Shown in pieces: positions 39,901 through 53,123 of a stretch of 64,000 nucleotides of DNA (the first letter of the stretch is position 1; each line of letters begins with the position of its first letter). A program made the translations under genes and the position numbers. Origin of the DNA: Catajapyx aquilonaris (Eukaryota); assembly GCA_000934665.2 (NCBI GenBank), contig KZ538038.1:62001-126000 (forward strand), written 5' to 3'. The notes under the pieces are model-generated. The model searched no databases. It saw only the letters and a list, made by a program, of their open reading frames with translations, and was not told where the DNA came from.

Positions 39901-42900
39901 GCCTGTATTTTCACGGCTCGTCAGGCAGCGTAAACTTGTTACGACGACGTGTGGCCGTAATGGAAAGGAAGAGAGAAGAGAGAGAGAGAGAGGCTTACTG
40001 CTCAAAAGAGAAGTTTCAGGTCTCATTAAAAGCCAGTAGGCTCCGAGCAACCGGGATGGAACAGCATAAATCCGGGGAATCCGGGAAGGCCTGGATCTTA
40101 AAACCGGGTCTAACAATGCGACTTATGCAGATTGGAAAATTTTAGCAATGCCAATTGAGCTGGCTGTAAACGACCCCATTTTTTTCGCATGCCTGCACTC
40201 AACCCAATGCAATTTGGTATAAACCCCGGCTGCCCAATCATTTTTGCATTGTTGCTGAATCACCCTGTACTTCGGGCTAGTGGTGCAAAACGGTTTAGAA
40301 TCGCAGGGGCAAGTACTTGCCACGGAGGCTTGATCCCAAATAATGGCTTGAAAAGCTCTAAGCGAAAGGAAAAGCAGGGGCTCTTTTAGACGCTTTAAAT
40401 ATTGATCAAATGGGCCAGGGTTTTTTTTTTCTCCATAGGAGTCAAGCTGGAATCGGTTGAAATATATTCCTTCGTAAAGATCGGATTATTAACACCCTGT
40501 CAAATACTGCAGAAGAATATTATTGGATCAGCACGTTTAGGCCTCTCCCTATATACCCCACACATAAATTTCGCGTTGCTTTAGGACTCCAGATGTGCTT
40601 AATATATCTTTGCCGATGGGTTGCGGAAAAATAGAAAATATATAGAGCGGGGAAAGCCATCGGGCGGTATATAAATTATCAGAAATATTGCCAGGAAGTA
40701 ACTTATTTTTCGAAAATGGAGGCAATTTGCAGTGTTTTACGTGATGTAGAGGAAAATTCATTTATTGATTCACATCTAGCCGAATGTACACGTTATTATG
40801 TGATTGCAATTAATGCAGCGCGAGTGAATGTGATGTAATATTAATAACGCGATTATACTTGTATTAATAATGCTGTAGTACATGTAACGCGAAGATTCAA
40901 TCGATTGTTTAGTGCACCTTTAACTATCTCCTAAAGCTAATGAAGAGAACGATGTTTGAAAAGTTAACATTATCTTATTGTCCACCATTAGACTCCAACA
41001 ATAGCTTGTTATGCTTAACAATAGGGTACATCATCATTATGAAGATGCAAAAAAAATCCTACAGTCGACTGACACTGCAATGTTGCTGTACCGCAAATTA
41101 TTTTTTTACAATAATAGGAGACTGAAGGCATTGTTCTGGGTAAAACTTAGGCTTGGAAATATCGGCCACCAATATTTTCCATACTTGTCATCCAACAAAG
41201 GAAACCAGAAACAATCCGGCGTATCGCTTTACAATCGGTTTCATCGTGCGTGAAAATAACACCATGCAGATTTTTGCTGTCCATTGTCCTACAGGGTGCA
41301 ACAACCACAACAACATTGTACCCAAAAAAAAAAAGTTTGTTCCCGGCTTTTGTTCCATTTTATCGGGAGTCAGTAACCGGTCGTCTCTGGAGAAGCTGGC
41401 TGCCTGTCAAAATGGACCTGGTCGTCAGCCAAAGTGTCGTGTTATGCCCCCAAACGCTTTTTTTTGTGTCCGTATAACCTCCAAACTCTGTGATATCGGC
41501 ACTATCCGGGAGCCGATACGCGTCTTTTTGCAATACTCCAACCCATGCATTACGTGCTCGCGAATATTCATGGCTCCCCAACACAGCCTACAGAAGCATG
41601 ATAACACATATCAGCTGGGATAAATTATTTTTTACCACCAATACCGCGGGCATCAGTTTTGCCAAAAAATTGCCAGAAAATTCGGTGTTTATTTAGCTGG
41701 AGTTTATGTCCAGTTTGCACAAAATAATTGTCAGGAAGAAATGATCCTTGAATAATGTGCCCCCCCTCCCACGATAAAAAAATTAAGAGAGGGCAATTAG
41801 CCCAATTACTTTCGATCTATTACTAGGGCATGGCGTGATGACATCTCCTGATTGCGTGACACACAGTCAGTCAATGTCGCAATTTTTCACTCTCGAAGCT
41901 CAGCGGATATATCGACGCCCCCCTTTCAATCACTTTCGACAACATGAGCCAATGGAGATTTCGCAATGTCCGGTTAACTTCAAGATCGTGCTAACTAGGT
42001 CCTGTTAGCCGACACGATTTCCTATATCGGATTGCATGCAATGTAATTCGCATATCTTAACGTGCAGCAAACTGATATGTGATTTGCCTTGGTGCAATGC
42101 AGCCTCTCTAGCGTTTGCGGGGGATACGCAAAATGGCAACAAATCAAAGATAATTTCCCTGCGGGCAGGCACATAACTCAAAATGTTGACCACATGTCGC
42201 AACGGCTTATGAAATGGAACTGGGCCCACGGGCATTGTTGCTGTGCCCAAAGCATCATCGGACATGACTCGCAAATTTCAACATCTCGGACGATCAGCAT
42301 AAACCCACCAAACGAACCTACGCAAAATCGTTTTTATGCCGGATTAAATAGTCCAATTTTTTTTGCGATATCTGAGAATTCACGTGCAGCCCAGCATACA
42401 AATCTCCAGCAGGCTTGACGTTTCAATTTCACTTTTGAATTCAATGCCTACTGCGCAATAATATTTCTCGTCGGCCTTTCCGTGCACAGGTAAAACACAA
42501 TGAATACCGTATAATCTACAAGCTTTTATATGCATTTTGGGAACACCCTGTCCTCTTTTCTTGCTATATAGACTGTGGAGCTCCATTTTTTTTTTTTTTC
42601 TTCCTCTCTCTGTTGTGCTACGTCATCATGCCATGCAGCATTTGGTGGGCGGTGCAGCAGAGCCTCGGGCCTCAGCGCAAGAGAATAATGCAATTCTCTC
42701 ATGGGTGGTCCTAATGAAATACTGAGTCTAGCTAGAATTCTGGAGCACTCTGACAGAAAACACTTAGGAACCAAGTCGGGCCAAAATTGAGACGAAAAAT
42801 GAGAAGTTACACGAAACGTAACAAATCTGGCACCGTCGCTTAGCTTATGATCCTTTACAGCATAATTTTACACCTAATTAGGTTACCAAAATATTTATTT

Positions 42901-45900
42901 TATATGTTAGTTACATCTGTGGGCTAACTGCCATTCCGAGTATAAACTGGGACCATATTGTTAAAGGCTAATCGAGGCGAGCTTAATTGCAGAGTTTGAA
43001 CAATGTCGTCGCTTAATAGTGGTGAAAAAGCATTATTTTCTGGTTACACGATAATAAACTTAAAACACTTGTAACGTACTGCTGCACTAAAATCAAACAA
43101 GGTGCTAAATCCAGGCTTTTTTGGGGGGAGGCTGTTGTTATACCAATGCTCGAATGGCCCATTAGCTATTGTTTGCCGCGTAATATTTCGCGAAAAAATA
43201 CAGAGCTTAATAGATCATATTGGCATTTTCAGTGGCTCTATGCAGGTCTAGTAATGATATTCGCATTAAAGGGATGGGCTTGAAACGACCTCTGAGGCTG
43301 AGAGGAGTTGGAAATTGAAACATACAACCCAACATCGGTGGGTTCAAGTCATTCCCAAAACTGCTACAGTATAACCCGCATAACGACCTAACCACATAAC
43401 AGTAGTTTTTTTTCCACCACCAATGAGGTGTAGTTTTCGCAAACATGCAACCCGATATCACAACCACAAATGCACAAAGTTGAAGAAAATTTGCGACCGC
43501 AGGGTGGTTTAAAGCAAAATAATTGAGAAAAATATGCCAGAGGGCCAAATTCTACAGTCCAACAACTATATAGAAGTTGTGCATTATTTACTGTAGGAAC
43601 CAAGATTAATTTAGCTGGAAGCGAGTACTGTACAGTAACCAACAGATGTACTGTACAAACATGTACTCAGATGATCAATGTTGACCGCGCCCAATAACCT
43701 CTGTACAGTGTAAATTGATTCCGATGACCGCATTCACAATCTGCCCGGGTAGAGTTTCCACAGTGGTTTACTCAGACATTTGATAGATACGTACTGTATT
43801 AAATTTGCGATCTACAGTACCGGCATTGTATACAGCAGATTCTGTCATTTCAGGTACGTCATTCACTAGTACTTTTAGACTGCTGAATAACTAACGAGAT
43901 CCGGAGTTCACTAGAGGCTCACAAGTTGCTCAGCACGCAACTTGCAACCACTCTTTTTTTTAAAAAAAAACGGGGTTGCTGTAGAAAACAATTCGTTTTG
44001 TTATTTTGCTTATATACTTAGCAATATGTGAGAAAATAATTGAATTGGTTGCTTCTCTTTAATCTGGTTGCTGGTGGTGAACAATGCGTGACTTTGAACT
44101 GTGTGTAGTTGGACAGTATACACCAGCTGTATAATGCTGATGGACCTAAAGCCTCATCCTTGCTGATTTCCTAATTGCGTCCCGTCAACCGGCGAGCATG
44201 CAGTGCAATGAACAGTAAAACCCATCCAATGACGACAGCTCCACGTCAACGTCACACAGTAACGAAGTCCAGAAGGTCCGAATCTGCTTACATCTCGTCA
44301 GACCCTAGGACAAAACCGAAAGAGATTTGGCGCAAAAAGACTAATGTCCGCAAATTGGACAAGTGATTCGAACAGGTGTCCCCAAAAAGTCGTGAAGGAT
44401 TGTTTTTCCCCAGCAAGCCGAAGCTTGATTGCCATTAGCAGGAATGGAGGCTTTGGCTATAGAGTAACACGCGGGTTCTAATGGCTGCTTTAAAACGGGG
44501 GGACGTGACAAATGAAACCGAGACTTAGCGCCGTGGTGGACACTAAATCCTGATAGATCTTGGCCTGACGAGAGCCCGCAATAAATTGCAAATATATTAT
44601 TCATGGCGGAGACAGACGCAACTGCAGGCTTAGGCAGGTGTCTTGCTCTTTAATGAGCGACTTAATGTCGGCCTGCTTTTGGCGAACAGTACACAGAACA
44701 ACTCCTTTTGTGAACGACAATGCTTCGTTGATAAAATCATAGCAATGGGGGATTCCTGCACATTTTGCACAATCTACTTAAAAACTGCGTAGGTGGATAG
44801 GAGGGGACAAGGGGCCTGAGACGCATTTGACGTGGGATCAGGAACATAAAGCCTTACTCTCCCCATCCCTCCCTGGTAATATGTGCCACCTTTGACCACT
44901 CCGAGAGGGATTTGTTATCAAAGGGAAGGGCTTAGTGCATGGAAATGAATGCCCAGGAGAGAGAAAGGCTGGCTCCCGCCTCATCCTCTTATTCCATTAT
45001 GCATCAGGAGATGGTGATAGTCACTTCCGCCATAATTCATCCGGAAAGTGATGTCGGCGTATGCCAACAAGTTTGACCATCTTCAAGTCCCATGGCAGGT
45101 AATCTCCCTCGACATGCAACCGATTGTTTTTCTTATACTAAAGGAAGACGTGCAGTCGATCCAACTTGGTACGTCGTTGCCAAAAAAAAAAGGTGCACTG
45201 TACGGCGTGGGTATACAGTGCAAAAGCACAGACTTGGTTTTTTTGGGAACCTGCCAAATGTGCTCTTAGGCATTGGATGCCCTAGATTGAAATTTCAAGA
45301 AGGGCGTAATGTTGAACCTAACCGCTTACTAAAGCTGGAATCTGTGACATAAGATGCACTCTTTGATTAATGCTGATTATCTTGGAAACGAGGCTGCGGA
45401 GAACAAACGACACCTGCTGCCTAGTTCAGAGCCGTTTTGAATCATTATGAAACAGCCGGCATTATAAATTTATGGTGCTGCTAATTGATTTGTGGTTGAG
45501 CCTGGTTGTACAGTGCAGCAACTTGCAAGGAGGCCTCCCAAAAACCTATTGACGTCACGTACACCCAAGTAGTCAAAGGCGTGTTTGCGATTCCTTCTTT
45601 CGCGAAAAAAAAGGATGCGCGTCCATTCAAATAAAGTTGACACTGGAGCCGTCAAAGTCTATGTCAGTGAGGCCCACGCAACACTCCAATGTTCCTCTCC
45701 AACAGAGCAGGGGATTGGACCATGCATTGTTGATGCCCCTGCGTCCTTCAAACGTCTCCAGGGAACGCGATGCTGGCTCGCAAGAAGTTCCTCCTTTTTC
45801 CATGTCGACAAACTCGCCCTGAGATATGTCGCACTCAATTTTCGACCCTCACAAACCTCTCGCCCACCACTTCCTTTCTCTCCTTTTTTTAAAGAGAGAG

Positions 45901-46004
45901 CGAGACGAACCTTCAAGTCGGATCCAACCTGGACGCAACTACAACTACACTCTAAAAGCAATGGGGTCCTAGCCTTGGTCTTTGGGAAAGTTGTGCGCAC
46001 GAAC

Positions 46005-46174
46005 AGCTCAACCCTACATGTAACACAAGCATTCCGCCACTTTTCAGCACCAGAATGCCGTTCCTCCATAAATTATCGCGGGTTTAAAAGTCAGTTTCAA
46101 ATTGACGCGGAAAAGGGGGCGAGGCCTAAAGGGCGCATTCCTACTCCTGTCTGACCACAGTGACGTCATCAGAC
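46005..46174 (+). mobile_element. Truncated copy (left arm plus centre) of the MITE at 60801-61107
   Basis: agctcaacc...aagcatt.c.ccacttttcag.acca.aatg...ataaattatcgcg.gtttaaaag.ca...ggcctaaagggc.cattcc...gtcatcagac aligns with 60802-60974. Confidence 0.8.
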
Positions 46175-46548
46175 CCGTGGACCACTGCTTTACTGGCGGT
46201 CCGTTCGATTCCATTTTTAAGGTCGCCAACATGTCCATGTCTCTGAACTTTCCCTCATTTCCGATTCGCATTGCGAACGTCCCAAACAGGCCAGGACCAG
46301 AATTTTTAATTCGCACTTTTTTTTTCTCTCTCTCTCTCCCTAGTTCTCGCCGTATTTCGCATGTGTAGCAAGCAGGCCTGCAAAAACATGGTACACCTTC
46401 GTTAGTGCTAATCACTCCCGGAGTTTAAAACTCGGGGTATATCCTTTGGAGACACCTCTTCTGGGAGGTTATGGCACCGGGTTTTAATTAATGTGCAGCA
46501 GAGTGTTGTGGTGAAGAGAGTCTCTCCCCTTGCGATTTTGATGCCATG

Positions 46549-46551
<3 letters not shown>

Positions 46552-46600
<49 letters not shown>
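46552..46600. repeat. (AG)n microsatellite, about 24 units
   Basis: Perfect GA dinucleotide run. Confidence 0.97.
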
Positions 46601-46603
<3 letters not shown>

Positions 46604-49600
46604 CGGGCAGGTTCTTTGCCCCCACTTCTTCTGAAACTTTGAGTCGCTTTAGTTCCACCTTTTCCCTGGGATTTAATATTGAATCAGAAATCAAATGGTT
46701 GGGAGCCGGCGGGCTTTTGACATTTCATTTGCACTTTCTGTTCTTCCTTCGGTTTTGCCCCCCCGAGAGTGCTGTGCTATGTGACGTCCCTGGGACCTTT
46801 GCCTGCTGGGCTATACCCGAGATTTTCGGGCCCTGGGTTTGAATGAAAGGGGGTTTCAATGGGATAGATCGAGGCGGCGGCGCAGGAGGCAATATTAGAT
46901 CTAAAGTCGATTGTTCTTCGCGCCAGATCCTACGAGATGAACGAGCCCTGGTTATACTTATGTCGAGATTGAAACAAAATGCGGTTCGATTTTTCTGCGG
47001 CAAAAATACAGACACAGTGGACGAGATTTTGGATTTAGAGGAATTACATCAGCATTGCTTCATAACCATAAAGTCTGGACACATAGGTAACAATGTTATT
47101 GTTGGTTGCCAGGATACCAATAATTGTCAACCAACAATATCTAGGGCTATAATATTATTACCTATGTGTCCAGAGACTTTATGGTCACCCTGTGATGTTA
47201 CAAACTAATAGTTGCATAAACCGACAGATCAAGAAAATGAATGGCATTTCACGGTTTTCTTTTGTCTCCGCACCGACTGGAAAAACCGAAATGTTATCTG
47301 AAATTGCACAGTAAATTCACACGCGAGTGTTTGATCATGTCGCATTTCTAAAATTATTACCCAAGAATTAATATTGTTCTGGCATATCATTTTTTAAAAG
47401 GCGGCGTTTTCTTTGAGCACCGCACAAAATTAAATTATTACCATTAAAATACCATTTAAGAGGATATCTCTCATCATCATCCCGCTTTTGAAAGCTGAGC
47501 GTGATAGAAAATCATAATAAAATGCCTTCATTTATATTTCAACTGCAGATAAACTTTCAGAACGAATTGGCAGCCAGTTGTGCATCTTTCAAAACCACAA
47601 ATTTTATTCGCAAAAAATCCAATTAATGCTATAGTGAAGTACTACAACTTGCATTAATTTGGATCAAAAAGATTATAATTAAAATGAGTCAATAGCAAGT
47701 AACGAGGGAACGATAGGTGAATAATGAATAATTTTTAAAAATATATATATTGTAAACCGGCCTGTTTCCCTGTGTGCAAACGCAAATTATACGGGACGTC
47801 AAACAGATTAAAAAGTGGCAAAAATTGAGGCATGAACTCTGCCAGCAACTGCACAGAGCACTTGGAACGCATTCGCAAAAAGTTTGCCAGTCAATTTCCA
47901 GATATCCCCAACAGACCCCACAGCAGTTGCGTCTGCATCAGCAGTTTGTTTTTCGCAATGATTCGCAATTATTCCTCCCCCAATCCCCTGGCTCCAACAC
48001 CCCCCTCCCCCGTTAAATTACTTCCCAAACACCACTGTGGCAGCCCCCTGCAAACTCTGATTGCATCCATTTCCTTCCCATTCATCCGAGTCTCTCTTTT
48101 TTTTTTGGTATATAGGGTACACGGCCTGTGCGTGTTATTATCGGAAGCATATAACTGCACCTAACTAATCCAAACGCGAATTGAGTCCGCTCAATATGAA
48201 GAGATCAGTAATCGGTTTTCCGGTTTTCCTGTCCGCCCAGCGCTGCCCAACAATAGAGGAGCAGGGGAATTAGACGCATTGTTACATCCCAAACCCGGCT
48301 CTGGATCGCTTGCTCGGAAAATATGGAACCTTTTGTTGTCCGGGGTACATTTGTGTGCAGGTCGCTGAAGATCCCCCGCTCGTCGGATTAATTATTACCT
48401 TCATGAAACCCACCATTCATAGCGGATAAGCATGTCCGCAGCCGAGTAAAAAAAAATAAAAAGTAAGCAGCCTTCCTGCTATAAGAAACCTTTGTGTTTA
48501 CTATACAAAACATTTAATTAAGAAGTCACTTTCTTGTTGTAACCTAAACGTGCTCACCGTGAAGTGCAGCCTGTGTGCGACCCTCTCAAATGTCTCAAAA
48601 GCTAGAAACGTGAGTTTAGAGTTTTGCGAAATCAGATCCCCCCCAGTACGATGACACCCAGAGAACGTGCGTCAAACCCTCTGCTTTGAATTCCAGGCAG
48701 TCCGGATTTATATCAAACAAAAAAAAATTAAAGTCCGCATATTCTACCCCCTGAGGATTCTTTCTGGGGGGGGGACCCCCAAATTGAAACTGAAGATGAT
48801 GCACTGGAAGGAAATATCTCCGGGAAGGATCAGCTCATTAAAAACATGACTTAGCACTCCGGGGAACATATCAAACTTTTCAAATTAAGTACGTGACAGT
48901 GTTCTCAAGTTGGTCTCACTTTACAGCAGCAATATTGCCAAAATTGATTGACACTCGCTAAAACGTGGTTTCAATGCCGATGCTCATTACGCATTAAACA
49001 AACCCGATCGTTCCAGCCGTTACTTTCGACATAGTTTATGAGCTTCAGAAAGTCAGGAGATATTGCATTTATTCGCATTACTGCCAGCTCTGAAATGAGA
49101 TCCGGTCCAAATCCCGAGAGATACTGTACGACCTTTTCCTAAAATCACACCACCCGGGATCTCTGTTTTGAATGAAAGCAACCGTCATACATATCAGTCT
49201 CTCTAGGCACCTGTTTATTTTATATTCCGACAGTTTCCGATTCTGTTCGGATCATATATGACCGAATATGGCGTCAATGTGTGTGTGTGTTTGTGACAGA
49301 GATTTTATGAGGATTGTAGAGAGGCAATTATATTCCTCTGTTGCGTTTTCCCACTTTTATGTGTCACGTCAACACATCGATTAAAAGTATGCCTTTGATC
49401 ATGCACTGGAAAGCGACAGAAATAACGGCTCAGAAAAAAAGAGCGCCTGAGTCAATCATATTTTTTTTCCTCCGGAGGTGATGATTTTTTTTAAAAATGT
49501 TTGCGCATAAAATATTCTGTCTTTACAGACGCAAATTTTGACCTGATAATACATCAATACTGATTAAACGTCGCTTCAAAGTTGCAATTTACGCTTGGTG

Positions 49601-51765
49601 CCAAAGCAAAAAGCTTTTTACTTAATGGCAAGGCGTAATGGAAGTTCCGCTCAGATGCCAGTCCATCGTCCATTAAACATCAAGTTAAAGTCAAAATTTG
49701 CGCGAATATTTGGCGAATTCAACCAACATACGTTCTATGACTTGTTTTAGACGAGAAAAAGTCTGAAACGCTAAATTTTCATACAATAACGAACTCTCCG
49801 AAGTATTCAAAGATGTCGAGTTTAAACATGAATGTCCTTAACTTTGGAGCACACCATTTAGCACGCAGGGTTAAATTCGCACAAAACAATTTCGCTCTGA
49901 TGGAGGAGACAAATCTCCAACTAGCTTATTAGTACACCCACACTTGAGAGGAACATTACACAACTGGCAAGTTTGTACATATAGCAATCCGGGCACTTTG
50001 GTTTTGTGTCCTCTTTTGTTGTGTATGCTGCCAAGTTACCGTCTCAGTACTTTTACGCCCGGATTCCTCTTCTCAATAGATCCGGAGGAGGCCTAACTTG
50101 GGAGAGAGACTCCGGAAAATGATATCCGCAAGAAGTGTGAGCATGGAAGAGGAAAAGGGGGAGTTTGGCGGGATTCGGATTGGTGCCTTTCCGCACAATG
50201 GATCCCAGAGTTTCGGATTGGTTCGCCAAAATCACAATGGCTCTTCGTTCGCTGGGAGAGAGTTACGCAACGAACCATTTGTTTGTAGGTGGGAAAGAGG
50301 GAGGGGGGTGTAAGACCGGTTAATTAAAGAAATTAATTGAGGCGAGGGTTCTTCAAGTCTCAAAACTTGAGGAATCTGCTTGCCAGCTGCAGAACAATGT
50401 CGGAAACATGCGTCTTATTACGTCACTCTCAGTTGTCTGAAAGTGGGTTGGGTAGCTCAGACATACAAACCGAGAAACTTTCTGCTTTATTATGTAAGAT
50501 ACGAAAGATTCTTATATTTGTAAAAAAAAAAATTAATTGACATCACCATTGTTATGAAGTCGCCATAACAATGACGACAAATTGGACATCATGCTAGCAA
50601 AATATTACCGTCAAACTCGGTCGCCTGCGGTTGTTAAACGTCGCATTTTATTTTCGGACTTTTACATCGGATTCAAACGGTTATTAATCAAAATTACATG
50701 CGTTTATCTGCAATGATTACGAGTAAAATCAAACTTTACAGCATTGGCGCACTGCAATGTTGATGTCCATTTCATTAGAACAACTAAAACTTTTCCCCCC
50801 GGCGAGCGGTGACAACTGTTTATCTGTAGTGCAAAGCTGATAATTAGCCGGAGAGCCCTTTTTCGCAAATTTTAGTCCCAATAAAAGCTCCATCAGCTGA
50901 ATGCCTTTCACACATGCGGTACAGTGTTGTTTTGAAGGGCTCTAAAATATATATGTTTCAGATACAGTCTTGTTTCGCATTATAGCTCTTTATTGAAGCG
51001 TGCGAATTTTTATTTTCGCAGAAGTACACTGATAGCAGTTTTTAAACCCCCACCTTTGTCGGCCAATTTCTCCTTTTCGTGCCTCACGATTTTGCAATAA
51101 CAGAGACATTAACGTCAATGCCATCTGCTCTCTTGTTCTTTGTATGAAATACAACTGCATGCGGAAAAATTCGCTTCGTTGCACAAGCTGGATTAGTTAT
51201 TACACGCAACAGTTTCAGAGGCAAAAAGGTGCAGGCGTGTGTGTCCTTTCGCAAATAAATTCCTCAGCACCATACAATACTATATTTGGATTATTCAAAG
51301 TAGGATTACTGACAACTCTATTTGAAGCGTGGTACATCGGGATTTAATAACAACATATTCATTACATTTGAATAACAACGGCCGATTATTTTAAACACAG
51401 CTTGTGTGTGCAGCGATGCAGAAGTATACACAACCCAACAAGCATTGTTATTATAAACCACCCGTGAAAATAAAACCGGGTAATTAACCTACTTTACAAC
51501 TAATATCAAGTTATTACCAGTTCAACCCCCCTATTGTCAACGGAATTTAAAAAATAATCTTCCTACTGCATTATTATGTGCTGCGGACTTATTATTAGTC
51601 GAGGCAGCACCCTGTGTATGTGGCACGTATAACTTTGCACGGAAAGCCTCCCTGAAAAGCTCAAATTTCCACGCTCCGACTCTTTTTTCTCTCTCATGGA
51701 GCTTGACACAGGATTTAATTAGTACACACATGCACGCAGAGCTTTTTGGAGCTGTGTGCTGCTTG

Positions 51766-51784
51766 CCCCCCCCCCCCCCCCCCN
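51766..51784. repeat. poly-C tract ending in N
   Basis: C18 followed by N at 51784. Confidence 0.93.
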
Positions 51785-53107
51785 TGGCCATCCCAGGCGT
51801 GAAATAGGGCTGGATATTGGGGAGGGTGGGTGGGGGAGGCTAAGCTGATTCTCACACCAAATGCATCTGGCAAGCCCAATTTCATTTATAAGTCGCGCCC
51901 GTTTAATTTTGTGGGAGCCCCATCATCAGGTGGCCGGGAGAATAGCACATATACCAGTAGAGGACTTAAAGTGGGTATTTACCCAACCAAAAAAAAAAAA
52001 AAAAACATGGTTGCATGAACTGCGCCAATTGGTCGTGGTGGTTAAAAGCAAGGCGGGACATTCGGGGGGGGTGGAAGTTTGCAGAAAAAATTGTGGCAGC
52101 ACACTACTCACGTGCAGAAATCCGCAAAAGGCCTGTAAGCAGTAAGCTACTTAAAAATCGTTTAGTAACTGCTCTGTGCTTTTACATGGTCTAATAAGTC
52201 CGCAATTTCATATCTGACACCTAATAATATGTATGCTGCCAAATAATGTATAAGTTTACAGCCCACAGGGGTAATGAAAAATAAAAAATAAATGTATAAG
52301 TAAATTGTGTGTTTATGATTGAAGCATAGGTATATGCTTATTTTTCTGCCACAGTTTGAGCGATTCATACACACTCATTTTGGCACAGTTCCACTGCGGA
52401 AGCATCATTCTCGCAAAAAAAATTACAACACCCCATTTGTGCGGCTGATAATATAAAAAGCGACTGACTGAATCGATTTTTAGTGCACTTCCAGTATCAA
52501 GGCGTTTATTATGCTAATGCGTCCCCATTACACCATCTCTCGCTTCCAAAAAAAAAATTGGTTATAAAATTCGCGTATTGCATTAGCCACCACTTGTAAG
52601 TCCCAAATGATGCAAAACAGCAAACCTTAGTGCCTAGAGGGGACCATCCCCAGCTTGATTACAAGAGCAGCGTTAATTAAGTTGCGATCACTGTGGACAC
52701 GACCCCCACATTTTCAGGGCCTTAAAAATAATGGCCCGGCGTAGTATTATATAGAGGCGGTAAAATTCGTGTGCGTGTGACAATGGAATTTGGCCAACAA
52801 ATAGTTCGAGGTGTGTGTCCCCAGGACACAATTATGACGAGGCGGTTCGAAAAGTCCCCAATAACTCTCTGAAACGAGCTCAACTTTTGTTCACTTCGTT
52901 TTTTGGTGATAACCCGGGAGTCGCTCGTTTTATGCATCTGCCACTAATGGACTTGGGATGCAGTGGTGCATACGTACCTCAAACTTCATTACTAGGCTCT
53001 GGTTAATAGTTACTATGTCTCTTTCCCCCTTCCAACCCACCCCCCAAGGGAAGTGAGATTGAGCTATTATCGGGGTCGCGGATCTTACCATTTTGAGAGG
53101 GGGAAAT

Positions 53108-53123
53108 GGGGGGGGGGGGNGGG
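53108..53123. repeat. poly-G tract (contains N)
   Basis: G run with an N at 53120. Confidence 0.93.

Noticed and set aside
6103..51856. Su(H)/CSL sites (CGTGGGAA at 6103, 14208 reverse, 26637, 34819, plus TGTGAGAA variants)
   Set aside because: They are dispersed, unpaired, and the total is close to chance expectation for 64 kb.
52770..52782. TGTGCGTGTGACA, partial match to miR-210
   Set aside because: The 3' half of the mature miRNA does not match and no precursor hairpin is evident.
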